A stretch of DNA of 43,707 bases from an uncultured bacterium. GTDB taxonomy: Bacteria; JAGOEH01. Below are positions 31,025 through 40,100 of the stretch, piece after piece. The position numbers were made by a program, and so were the translations under genes. The first letter of the stretch is position 1. Every line of letters begins with the position of its first letter. Below the pieces are notes generated by a model. It saw only the letters and a list, made by a program, of their open reading frames with translations. It was not told where the DNA came from and ran no database searches. The stretch lies in the NCBI GenBank assembly GCA_964632485.1, contig CAZWDO010000015.1:62001-105707 (forward strand), written 5' to 3'.

Positions 31025-31232
31025 GTCATTCCGGGCTTGACCGCCAGTCCGGCTCCGGACCCGGAATCCAGCTTTTCTTACCTCTGTCATTGCCGCACTT
31101 GATGCGGCATCCAAACCATTGTTGTCATTCCGGACTTGACCGCCAGTCCGGCTCTGGACCCGGAATCCACGGGTTATCACTCCTCCGTCATTCCGGGCTC
31201 CGACTGCCAGTGCGGCTCGCACCCGGAATCCA
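31025..31232. repeat. Cluster of four REP-like palindromic elements (GTCATTCCGG...CCGGAATCCA type)
   Basis: Units at 31025-31070, 31086-31113 (variant GTCATTGCCGCACTTGATGCGGCATCCA), 31124-31169 and 31187-31232, separated by 15, 10 and 17 nt. A partial copy lies at about 31004-31016. The cluster sits between convergent genes. Confidence 0.88.
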
Positions 31233-31325
31233 TCTTTATTTTCCCACAAGTATTCCCCATCCGTGCAAAATCAGTCGGGCGCCCGTGAGGCCTTCCTGAA
31301 TGAACGCCCGCGCCCCTCTGGGAGA

Positions 31326-32396
31326 TTACGGCAACGGCTCTCCGATGTGGCAGCGATAGACGGTCATTCCATCGAATGGCGCGTAAAAATAGAAACTCCC
31401 GCGGTCAATAACCCCCAGACTGCCGATGTCCTCGGGAACCGTGATCGTTTGAATCTTATTCAGTTCTACATCATACACGTCAATACGCAATAGATGCGCG
31501 AATTGAACATAAAGCCGGTTCCCGTCCAATTGAACGGACCGAAACATTCGAAATGGAGAAAAACTCGCCACATCGCCCTTGCGTTTCAAGTCCAGATTCT
31601 CCTCTTTAACATTCTCTACGGCCTCCTGCAATTCTTCCGCCAGCTCAAGCGCAATCGATTTGACCAATTTCCCCTCGGGGTTATATTTCTCAATTTTCGG
31701 AGGATAATGATAGACTAAAAACACTTCGTCCCGGGTTCGCGCCGCAAGCAGAACGCGTTTTTGCATCGATGCCGGTATTTCGCCCCGCGATAACTGGTCT
31801 TGAGTTTCCGTCATATTCATGATATAATTACTATCCGTTCCGGAAAACGTGGCGTATTTTTGGATAATTTCCCCAGACCGATCCGCCATGCAGGCCAGAT
31901 AATCCACCCGGAACCCTTCGGAGGTCAGCAGAAATCCGCTGTCATCCAGAAAAACGCATTGAAAGGCGGTACTTGGAAAATTTTTACCTTCAATAGTGCG
32001 CATATATTCGCCGTCGGCATGAAAAACCGTAATGATTCCCAAAGGAACTTGATAGGTGTAAAGAGTATCGTGAATAAGGCCGATGCCGGTAACTATCGCC
32101 TGAAACTCTCCCGGTCCGCTTCCCCGGTTGCCGATGGAGCGCAGATAGGTCAGGTTTTTATCGAACACCTTGATTTTCATATCTTTGATGTCGAGAATCC
32201 AAAAATTGCCCGCGGAATCGAGCGCGATATCCATAATCGCGCCCAGAAAGATGCCATTCGACTGAAACTCGGGGCCGAAAAGGGTGTCTGTGACGGTTAG
32301 GGATAATTCTTCCACCTTCCGGGTTGATTTTTCCTGCTTTGCGCAAAAAAGTTGGATGAACACCAAAATGATCATCAATAATGCGGTTTTTTTCAT
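31326..32396 (-). CDS. 6-bladed beta-propeller (NHL/TolB-like) probable lipoprotein
   Basis: Signal ending QLF|C; DIALDSAGNFWILD...IKVFDKN..YLRSIGNRGSGPGEF, the NHL-type GxxGxGPGEF motif; AAGGAGG SD. Confidence 0.85.
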   Translation of the reverse strand: MKKTALLMIILVFIQLFCAKQEKSTRKVEELSLTVTDTLFGPEFQSNGIFLGAIMDIALDSAGNFWILDIKDMKIKVFDKNLTYLRSIGNRGSGPGEFQAIVTGIGLIHDTLYTYQVPLGIITVFHADGEYMRTIEGKNFPSTAFQCVFLDDSGFLLTSEGFRVDYLACMADRSGEIIQKYATFSGTDSNYIMNMTETQDQLSRGEIPASMQKRVLLAARTRDEVFLVYHYPPKIEKYNPEGKLVKSIALELAEELQEAVENVKEENLDLKRKGDVASFSPFRMFRSVQLDGNRLYVQFAHLLRIDVYDVELNKIQTITVPEDIGSLGVIDRGSFYFYAPFDGMTVYRCHIGEPLP

Positions 32397-32434
32397 GATT
32401 GCCTCCTTTAAATGGTTATTCTGTATTTTTTTGA

Positions 32435-32463
32435 ATAATAATCGATTCCTTGCAGAAAGTCAA
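32435..32463 (-). promoter_or_regulatory. Putative sigma70 promoter of the distal beta-propeller gene
   Basis: TTGACT-17 nt-TATTAT, ending about 39 nt upstream of ATG 32396. Confidence 0.6.
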
Positions 32464-32477
32464 GCTTTATGATAAAT

Positions 32478-33053
32478 TCAAAATAAAAAAAATGGATTGA
32501 TATAATGCGTTATCAATGGCGCTACCCAATCAATTTCCTTGATTTCAAAATGAAGATGGGAAGTCGTCAGCATCGCATTCCCGCTATTACCCACATATCC
32601 GATGATCATGCCCTGAGCCGCCCGATCGTCAAGTTTGAGTTTCTTCTCAAAACTCTCCAGATGCGCATAATAATAGAGTCGATTATCCAATCCCAGTATT
32701 TGAATGTAATTCCCGCCCAAAGGATCGGTACCTCTGGCAACAATGTAACCAGCCGATGCGCTTCGAACGGGTGTTCCTCGATGGGCGAAAAAATCAATAC
32801 CCAGATGAAGGCGTCCATTAGGACGCGCTGCTTCGAACGTATCGTAGAGAGGTGCGGATATTTGACTCGCTTCAATCGGCAACATAATCGGTTTATGGGT
32901 GCGATGCATGTATTGATAATGTCGAATGATCAATAGGAATTTCGTCCGGCTGAAAACGAAAATCAAACCCGCAACTAAAATCCCGAATAAAGAAACTGCC
33001 AGCAGGTATTTAAAAATTTTTTTATGTATCAAAATCATAATGGGTTTATTCAT
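32478..33053 (-). CDS. Membrane-anchored M23 family metallopeptidase (start uncertain, 33038-33080)
   Basis: N-terminal TM helix, HLGIDFFA (HxxxD), GTPV, YYYAHL, IGYVGNSGNA and HLHFEI (HxH). Confidence 0.9.
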   Translation of the reverse strand: MNKPIMILIHKKIFKYLLAVSLFGILVAGLIFVFSRTKFLLIIRHYQYMHRTHKPIMLPIEASQISAPLYDTFEAARPNGRLHLGIDFFAHRGTPVRSASAGYIVARGTDPLGGNYIQILGLDNRLYYYAHLESFEKKLKLDDRAAQGMIIGYVGNSGNAMLTTSHLHFEIKEIDWVAPLITHYINPFFLF

Positions 33054-34533
33054 TACGCTGTTGATCTCTATTTTTATCAATTTGGCAGGAATCGATTCGA
33101 TAAATGTAATAAAAATAAACGCCGTCCATCAAGACACAGCGAACGCTATCGGGAATTGAATCGGTGAACCGGTCCAACGGATATGCCATTAAACTATCCG
33201 GCTGGCGGTTATCCATAACAAAAATTTTCTTATACGTATCCAGGTTGTTGGGAAATTCTCGAGCCGATGAGCATCCGATATGGTAGGTCATGATGTATTG
33301 GACACCATGGATCGTTTTTACAAAAGCATTTTCCCCAAACCAATCCTTTAAAAGAGATTGATATTTAATGACGGTTTTGACGTTGATAGGTGGTCCGAAA
33401 GAGTGATTGCCTTTGCCCCAGAGGATAAGCACTCCGATCAATGCGAACATATATACTCGGTTAAATATTTTCAGCAGACGGATTTTCAATGATACCGATT
33501 CAAATAAACCTAAACTGCTCACAAATGATAAATAAAAAATCCAAGGCGATGAACGAGTGAGACGAACGGCGAAGCCGCCCCATTCCTGATTCCAAACAGG
33601 GAGAATCATGAACAAATATACCGCCCATAGGATGACGATTCGTTTCTTTTCCTGTATAAAAACTGAAATGGAAATAACGGCAATTGAGAAAACAAAATAA
33701 ATCCAATACTCCATGTATTCGACATAATTGATCCAATGGAGATCACGCAGCCAATTCCAGGAAATCAGAAACGGCTGAATCTTACAAGTGGATAGCAGAA
33801 TGGAAAGCTTGGTGTAAAAATAGGCCCCATAAGAGAAGGACAGAATTCCCAAACCAAGCCCCAGGACTATGTATCCGTATCGTGAAATGTTTGAACAAGC
33901 TTTCAAATTGAAAAAAGCCAGATATGCCACTGAAAGAACAATGGCAAAGGGATGAATTAAAACCGCCAGAATCATAAGCGCCGCCGACATAAGCCAGCGG
34001 AAATGCAGGTAAACTGAAGATTTTGGCCGGCATGTCAATATGGCTATAGCCAGCGTCCCCAATGCCATGGCGCTTGCCTGTTTGAGGAATCCGAAATGGA
34101 AATACAGCAGGATGTTGGAATGAAACGCAGCCAGAAACAGATAAAAACTTTCTTTCCAGGAAGAGGTCGCGGTCAGCGCCAGCCACCCGATGGAAAACGC
34201 GAAGATCAGTAAGCTGAAAATAAATATTGTATTGAAAGCGGTCAGCGGTGTCAAGTGAAACAAGCGGGCCATCCACTCCGCCCAAGAGAAAAAGACAGAA
34301 AATGAATGGTAATAGCCTTGGTGATGGCTCAATCGGTACGAAATTTCCTGCAGATAATAAAACCCGTCCCAATCCATGGGCAATTTTGCAGCTACGATTG
34401 AGAAGTTGTCCAATTTAATGACAATCAGAATCCATAGAAAAAGTGTACTATCCAGCCAGGAAAATTTGGGTAGGATTTTATTCAGACAAAGTCTTTGAAA
34501 ATTTATTAGTACGGTAATCATTTTGTTATGCAT
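33046..34533 (-). CDS. Polytopic membrane protein, possibly GT-C-fold glycosyltransferase-like
   Basis: About 11-12 hydrophobic segments, an acidic DWDGFYY motif in the loop after TM1, and a soluble C-terminal domain. The ORF is well supported; the GT-C call is inference. Confidence 0.6.
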   Translation of the reverse strand: MHNKMITVLINFQRLCLNKILPKFSWLDSTLFLWILIVIKLDNFSIVAAKLPMDWDGFYYLQEISYRLSHHQGYYHSFSVFFSWAEWMARLFHLTPLTAFNTIFIFSLLIFAFSIGWLALTATSSWKESFYLFLAAFHSNILLYFHFGFLKQASAMALGTLAIAILTCRPKSSVYLHFRWLMSAALMILAVLIHPFAIVLSVAYLAFFNLKACSNISRYGYIVLGLGLGILSFSYGAYFYTKLSILLSTCKIQPFLISWNWLRDLHWINYVEYMEYWIYFVFSIAVISISVFIQEKKRIVILWAVYLFMILPVWNQEWGGFAVRLTRSSPWIFYLSFVSSLGLFESVSLKIRLLKIFNRVYMFALIGVLILWGKGNHSFGPPINVKTVIKYQSLLKDWFGENAFVKTIHGVQYIMTYHIGCSSAREFPNNLDTYKKIFVMDNRQPDSLMAYPLDRFTDSIPDSVRCVLMDGVYFYYIYRIDSCQIDKNRDQQRNE

Positions 34534-34539
34534 TAAAAA

Positions 34540-34779
34540 TTAATAGGATAACCAGCCACTATTGCAGTTGCATACTGCAAAAGTTCCATCTGAATATTTA
34601 CACTTAAAACCACATCCACTTACATATGCTTTTCCATTGCAAGAATAATCATTGGGGCAATCTTCTCCATGATTATTCAATAATTCTGAGCAGCTTATCG
34701 CCTTAATCGAATAAAAACTTCCAAATATGAAAAGAACTAAAGTTAAAAATACGATCGTTGTTCTTTTAAAGATTTTCAT
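34540..34779 (-). CDS. Small secreted cysteine-rich peptide (79 aa; about 52-aa mature region with 7 Cys)
   Basis: AAGGA SD; basic N-region and hydrophobic core ending IKA|; mature ISCSELLNNHGEDCPNDYSCNGKAYVSGCGFKCKYSDGTFAVCNCNSGWLSY. Fills the gap between co-oriented genes. Confidence 0.85.
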   Translation of the reverse strand: MKIFKRTTIVFLTLVLFIFGSFYSIKAISCSELLNNHGEDCPNDYSCNGKAYVSGCGFKCKYSDGTFAVCNCNSGWLSY

Positions 34780-34823
34780 GATTCATCCTTTCAGTCAATT
34801 GGTTTATGATTACCGTACTAAAA

Positions 34824-35900
34824 TTATTTTATATTTGCTGAAAATATATTGATACATTCTGCTCCTTTGAAATCTAAATAATCTATGCAATAGAAGAATA
34901 GTTTCTGACAATTCTCATTCATTGTGAATTCCATTCCAAGATTCGCAAGATTGTATTCTTTATTCTCAAAATAATAATTGGCAATACAATTTTCATTAAA
35001 ATCTATCTCAATAATCCAGGATTGAGTAATGCAAAATATAAAAATATGATTTCCAAATATTCTAAAATTACTGAAAAGAGAAGAGTAACTCATTCTCCGC
35101 GCTGGCTTATCAAATTTCAAGTTCATTTCCTCCAGTTGATTGAACAATTCAATTTTAGGCCGAATTTCCTTGACCAGCTTGCCATCTTTTGAATATATGA
35201 GCAGTTTGTTGAGAAATCGGTAAAAGATAAAAATGGAATCACCGGCAATATCTGCTTCGATTTCGTTCAACAAAGAGTTTTTATGCAGAATCTGCTTGCC
35301 GATTCCGCCTGTTTTACGGCCTGATGAATCATAAACTGAGAGATAAGGGCGTTCTTTTTCCTTGAACTCAAGGTCGGGACGGGTCAAAATATGGTTGTCG
35401 TCAAGAACCTCAAACACACGGTTAAAATTCGGATCGCGATACCGCCACAGAAACTTGCCGGTTGAATCAAATTTATTGATACCATGTCCATCATTAATAA
35501 AAAGGAAATTGGAAGGAGAGCGATCGCAGCTAAATGGCTGGCGTAATTCACCGGGGCCATCCCCCATGCCGGATATTATTCTTGTCGAATCATAGTTTCG
35601 GCTGATCCAGTGAATACAATGCCGCTGATTATCGATAATGTAGAATTCGCCATTGTCCATCCGCACGAAATCGCTTCCCGCACCCATAAAATTTTCCTTA
35701 CTGTCCCCGATTTCCGCCGTGGATATAACCCGTTCCAGTTTAAGGGGAATCCAGTTCTTTTGTTGTTTATAATAGTTTTCATATAATTTGTTTACTTTCT
35801 GCTGGTACTCTTCCAGTATTTTTTGGTTGGGTTCCCCGCAAAAAACAATCATTAATAATACGCTTATCAAGGCCACCGATGCTTTGGTATCAACTTGCAT
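34824..35900 (-). CDS. 6-bladed beta-propeller (NHL/TolB-like) probable lipoprotein
   Basis: ATG 35900 follows GGAG; hydrophobic signal ending IVF|C; GEFYIID...GMGDGPGELRQP, FDSTGKFL, VYDSSG and IYSKDGKLV blade motifs. Confidence 0.82.
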   Translation of the reverse strand: MQVDTKASVALISVLLMIVFCGEPNQKILEEYQQKVNKLYENYYKQQKNWIPLKLERVISTAEIGDSKENFMGAGSDFVRMDNGEFYIIDNQRHCIHWISRNYDSTRIISGMGDGPGELRQPFSCDRSPSNFLFINDGHGINKFDSTGKFLWRYRDPNFNRVFEVLDDNHILTRPDLEFKEKERPYLSVYDSSGRKTGGIGKQILHKNSLLNEIEADIAGDSIFIFYRFLNKLLIYSKDGKLVKEIRPKIELFNQLEEMNLKFDKPARRMSYSSLFSNFRIFGNHIFIFCITQSWIIEIDFNENCIANYYFENKEYNLANLGMEFTMNENCQKLFFYCIDYLDFKGAECINIFSANIK

Positions 35901-35928
35901 TGATTTCTCCCGGTTCAAGTTAATGACT

Positions 35929-36918
35929 TTATTGTTGGTTCTTCATTTCCTGGACGACATCGAATGAGGCAAAAAACTGATTTAAGCAGTTACAATCCGA
36001 TTGCATGACGTTTTCAATCAATCCATCCGAATTGATCAGCATGACAACTTGATTCCAAACCGCTTGACCATGCGTCAGCATATACTTGTCCCATTGTTCC
36101 TGAAATAATGAATCCGCCAGCTCCACACAGAAATCCAATTCCATATTTGCTTGAAGATTGTCGCGGTCATTTTGCGTATAATTCTGCGGCAGAATGATAA
36201 TCGGCATGATCTCGGGATGGCCGGCCCTGAGTTCTTTCAATCGCAAGACCAATTTCCCGCTCGGGCAAGACAAGCATACGTTCAATAACAAACATAAGAC
36301 AAAATGATCTTGATCAGAATGGCGAAACTTTATTCGCTCTATCTGGCTAAACCATTCAATATCTCGAATATTCATTCCCGGCGAAATATAATCCTCGACG
36401 CTGATTGATGTCCCATTAATGAATTTCTTCAGCAGTGCCAGCACGTCACTTTGATTGTTCGCGCGGACATATCCGCTTCTCAACATTTTTCCGGCTTTAT
36501 CATAAATATGAAAGGTTTGGCAACAATGAGGCGCATGAAACAAATCCTGGTAGAGTTCATATTTTTCGTAAATAAAATGAATTCGGGGAATATCGGAATC
36601 CATCAGTTTGATAGACCCTGCCTCATTTTTAACGAACGCTATCATCTGGAGCTTGGAACTATCAAACAATGAAATTACAGTATCAATCAGTTTTTTTTGA
36701 TAATCCAGCCGCAAATCAGTGAATTGAACATAAATATAATGGTTTTTGAGATCAGAACGGGAAAATTTTCGACCCTGGCTGTCCGTATAAGATTCATCGG
36801 GAAAATAATTGTAGGTATCTTTCGAAGGTTCGGCTAGATACTGATAAAAAAAGTATAAACAAATTATCAATAAAAATACTACTAATACTGACCCAATATA
36901 TTTTTTATTCCACCTCAT
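35929..36918 (-). CDS. Membrane-anchored thioredoxin/redoxin-like Cys-rich protein (start 36918 or 36924)
   Basis: N-terminal TM helix. Redoxin-like DSQGRKFSRSDLKNHYIYVQF and TFHIYDKAGK. Second domain has CLSC (CXXC), LADS and VMLINSDGLI. Extra HCCQ and DCNC motifs. Confidence 0.6.
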   Translation of the reverse strand: MRWNKKYIGSVLVVFLLIICLYFFYQYLAEPSKDTYNYFPDESYTDSQGRKFSRSDLKNHYIYVQFTDLRLDYQKKLIDTVISLFDSSKLQMIAFVKNEAGSIKLMDSDIPRIHFIYEKYELYQDLFHAPHCCQTFHIYDKAGKMLRSGYVRANNQSDVLALLKKFINGTSISVEDYISPGMNIRDIEWFSQIERIKFRHSDQDHFVLCLLLNVCLSCPSGKLVLRLKELRAGHPEIMPIIILPQNYTQNDRDNLQANMELDFCVELADSLFQEQWDKYMLTHGQAVWNQVVMLINSDGLIENVMQSDCNCLNQFFASFDVVQEMKNQQ

Positions 36919-36957
36919 ATCCACATTCCTTAAAAAATATGAAGCTAATTATCCGCT

Positions 36958-37022
36958 CTTGCGCCCCTCGTTGCTTGCGCCCCTCGTTGCTTGCGCCCCT
37001 CGTTGCTTGCGCCCCTCGTTGC
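36958..37022. repeat. Perfect 16-bp tandem repeat, four copies
   Basis: (CTTGCGCCCCTCGTTG)x4 plus C; GC-rich within an AT-rich intergenic region. Confidence 0.97.
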
Positions 37023-37070
37023 AATTTTATTCTGCATTGATTGATCCTTTCATAATACTAATAATTTTAG

Positions 37071-37100
37071 ATAATATATAAAATAATATCATTTTGTCAA
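37071..37100 (-). promoter_or_regulatory. Putative sigma70 promoter for the redoxin-propeller-peptide-membrane protein-M23 operon
   Basis: TTGACA followed by TATATT (16-nt spacer) or TATTAT (18-nt spacer), with an A-tract upstream. Confidence 0.55.
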
Positions 37101-37115
37101 GTCTTTTTTTTTTGT

Positions 37116-40100
37116 TCATGAAAAAAATTTATTCTGCTCATTTTTCGATCCGGGGATTTCCATGGCGTATGGCTGACGTTTGGCTCGCCAGGCGGCGATT
37201 AACAGAAGACACGCCGGCAAAACGAAGAGACCGAACAGCACCGAGCTGAACAGACCTCCGATAGCGCCCAGGCTGAGGGTGTACCAGAGATCGTTTTCCT
37301 TGCCGCTACCCGGCATGACCATCGGCAGCAACCCGGCGATGGTAGTCAGAGAGGTCATCAGAATCGGCCGAATGCGATCACAGCCTGCCCGGATCAGCAG
37401 GTCCTCCAAACTGCTAAAACCGCCGCTCCGCCTCAGTACGCGCACATGGTCCAGATAAATAATAGCGTTATTCACGACAATTCCCAACAACAGCACCATA
37501 CCGATAAACGCCGCCTGATTGAATACCGTGTCAGTCAGATAGAAGATCAGAAACACGCCGATCAGGGCCACGGGAATAATCATGAAGACCAGCAAGGGAT
37601 AGCGGAACGATTCATAGAGTCCCGCCAATACCATATACATCAAAAGCAGAGCCAGCAGCATCATGCGCCAGCGCTCTGCTGTTTTATCCTCGTCATGCCA
37701 AAAACTATAACCCGATCCGCGGGTAATGGCATATCCCGGCGGCAAAGCGATGCTATTGACGAATCCCTTGATGAATTTTTCCGTAAATTCCCAGGGCGCC
37801 AGATAATCGAAGGAGATAACTCGATAATAACGCTGATCCTCGCGTTCGATTTCTCTCGGCACTGCATAATCCGCCACATCCATCAATTCCTTCAGTCGGG
37901 CTTTTTTCTCCAGGGAATAGCGCAAGGGAAGTTCCTTTAATTGGAAAAAATCGAAGGTCCGGTAATTTTCGCTTTGCATGGCATAATTGACCTCATCGCT
38001 CCCCAGTTTCAATTTCTGACGATATAGATAAGTGAAAAGATAGGGATTGAGTTCGGCGATCAGTTGCGTGGCGTCCACGCCGCGTTCCCGGGCCGCTTCG
38101 CGGTTGATGCGCAGGGAGGTCTGGCGGCCAGGCGGCGCATAATACCGTCGTGACAGATTATGTTCCACATTCTGTACCCGGGGATACTGTTCCAGCGCCT
38201 TGCGGATGTTCAGGCATAACTGGTCCAGATCGTGATAGTTGTAGCCGCTGACGATGAGGCGGTTCTGCATGGTCATACCCCCGCCGCCGGTGGAAAATCC
38301 GGGGCCCAATCCCTGCACCGAAATGACGGCGTTGCCGATGCGCGTGGCGCGCAGTATCAGTTTCTCCTTGACGATAAACGGCGGCGAGCAGTGCTGAGCT
38401 TCCTCGGTAAACCGCACTTCCATGTGGGCGTATTGCGGATAGACCTGACCTCGGACCTGAAAGATACCGCTTTCGCCGGAGATGGTTGCCTCCATATCCT
38501 TCAAAATGCGGTTCGTTTCTTCTATATCCGTACCCATGGGCATGCGGACCGTCGCATCGACCCGGGTTTCCTCGCCCCAATCGCGAATTTCGCCGCGATC
38601 CACATAACGGTAAAAAAGATACATAGACCCGCCGAACAGATGCTCCAGCGCTGGCCGCGCCCGGTTTACCCACTCGGCGTCCATCCACTCGTTGTAGGTA
38701 TCACGGATAATTCCCGCCAGGGGAAGATTTGCGGGCGGTTCGGGCAGGGATTTGGGGATCAGCCAAAGCGGATAGCCCAGAAACCAGAATACGATGAAGA
38801 GCGTGGTTTTAGGATAGCGCAGGGCAAGCGCGGCGCCGCGGCGATAGCCGGCATGCAGTCCTCGGGTGAGTCGGCCGGATTCAAACTGTTCTGTATCGGC
38901 CTTTTTCAGTGAACGGGGACCTCGCATACCGGCAAAAAAAGTTGCCGGTATGAAAAAAAAAGCTGTAATGAGCGACAATATCAGGGCCGTCATCACCGTT
39001 ACCGCAAAGGGAGTATAATATAGCTTCAGATCATCCATCAGGTAGAGAAAGGGCAGTAACACGGCAATCGTAGTGAGAGTCGCCGCGAAAAGCGGAACAA
39101 TGATCTCGCGCGTTCCCTGCGCGCAGGCGCGCAGAGCATCCAGGCCCAGTTGGCGGTGCCGAAATATATTCTCCGTGACCACGATCGAATTGTCCACCAG
39201 AATGCCAAAACCCAACGCAAGTCCTGCCAGGGTGATCAGATTTAAACTGTATTTGAAAACGAAAATCAACAGCAAAGCGCTCAGAGTGCTGATCAATATG
39301 GAAAGTTGCACATACAACGCGGCGCGGATATGGGTAAGGAACAGCAGCAGGGTCAGAAATACAGCAAAGAAACTGAATATGGCGCGGAAAATGAAGGTGC
39401 GCAAATTTTCCCGTATCTGGATGCTCTGATCGTCTTCCTTGAGCAATTCGAATCCCTGGGGGAAACGGGATTTTAACCGGGCGATGGCCGCTTCGACCCG
39501 ATCGGCGGTCGCCACAGTATTGGAACCGCCCTCGCGTTCGAGCTGAAGCATGATGGTGTTTTTGTGGTTGATGCGGGTATAAGAACCCGCGGGAGAAATG
39601 GTATCGATTATCTCGGCGACATCATCAAGGCGGATCAGTTGCGCGCCCCGACGGGCGATGATGAGTTGTTTCAGTTCCCACAGCGATTGCCGATAATCGC
39701 GGATAATCATTCCCGCCTGGCTGCCGTTTTGGAGCGCTCGTCCGCAACTGATCTCAATCGCCGCATTACGTAACGCCGAAGCCACCACACTATTATTGAG
39801 GCCATACTGTTCAAGCTCGCGGTCTCGCAACCCAATACGTATCTGCCGCTCGCGCCCGCCCACGATCTCGGCGCCGGCAACGCCGGCCAATCCGCTGAGG
39901 GCCGGGAGAATATATTTACGCGCATATTCGCTCAACCGCATTTCATCCCAATCGCCCAGTATATGATAACTCATAAACGATGATGTCTTGAACTGTTCCG
40001 GAACATAGGCCGTAATCCGCGGCGGCGCGACCTGGGACGGGAACCGGTCCCGCAGGAATCCCAAATGCTCCTGAACGACAAACCGAGTATAATCCACGTC

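Noticed and set aside
31025-31232. Possible CRISPR array or integron attC array
   Set aside because: Units differ in length and sequence, gaps are only 10-17 nt, there are no RYYYAAC/GTTRRRY ends and no cassette ORFs lie between units.
31016-31299. Short ORFs 31016-31249 (-) and 31090-31299 (+)
   Set aside because: They are translations of the palindromic repeats (e.g. MPHLMRHP, CHSGLDR) with no SD or domain features.
36958-37022. Possible CRISPR array
   Set aside because: The 16-bp units are directly adjacent with no spacers, and there are no cas genes; it is a tandem repeat.
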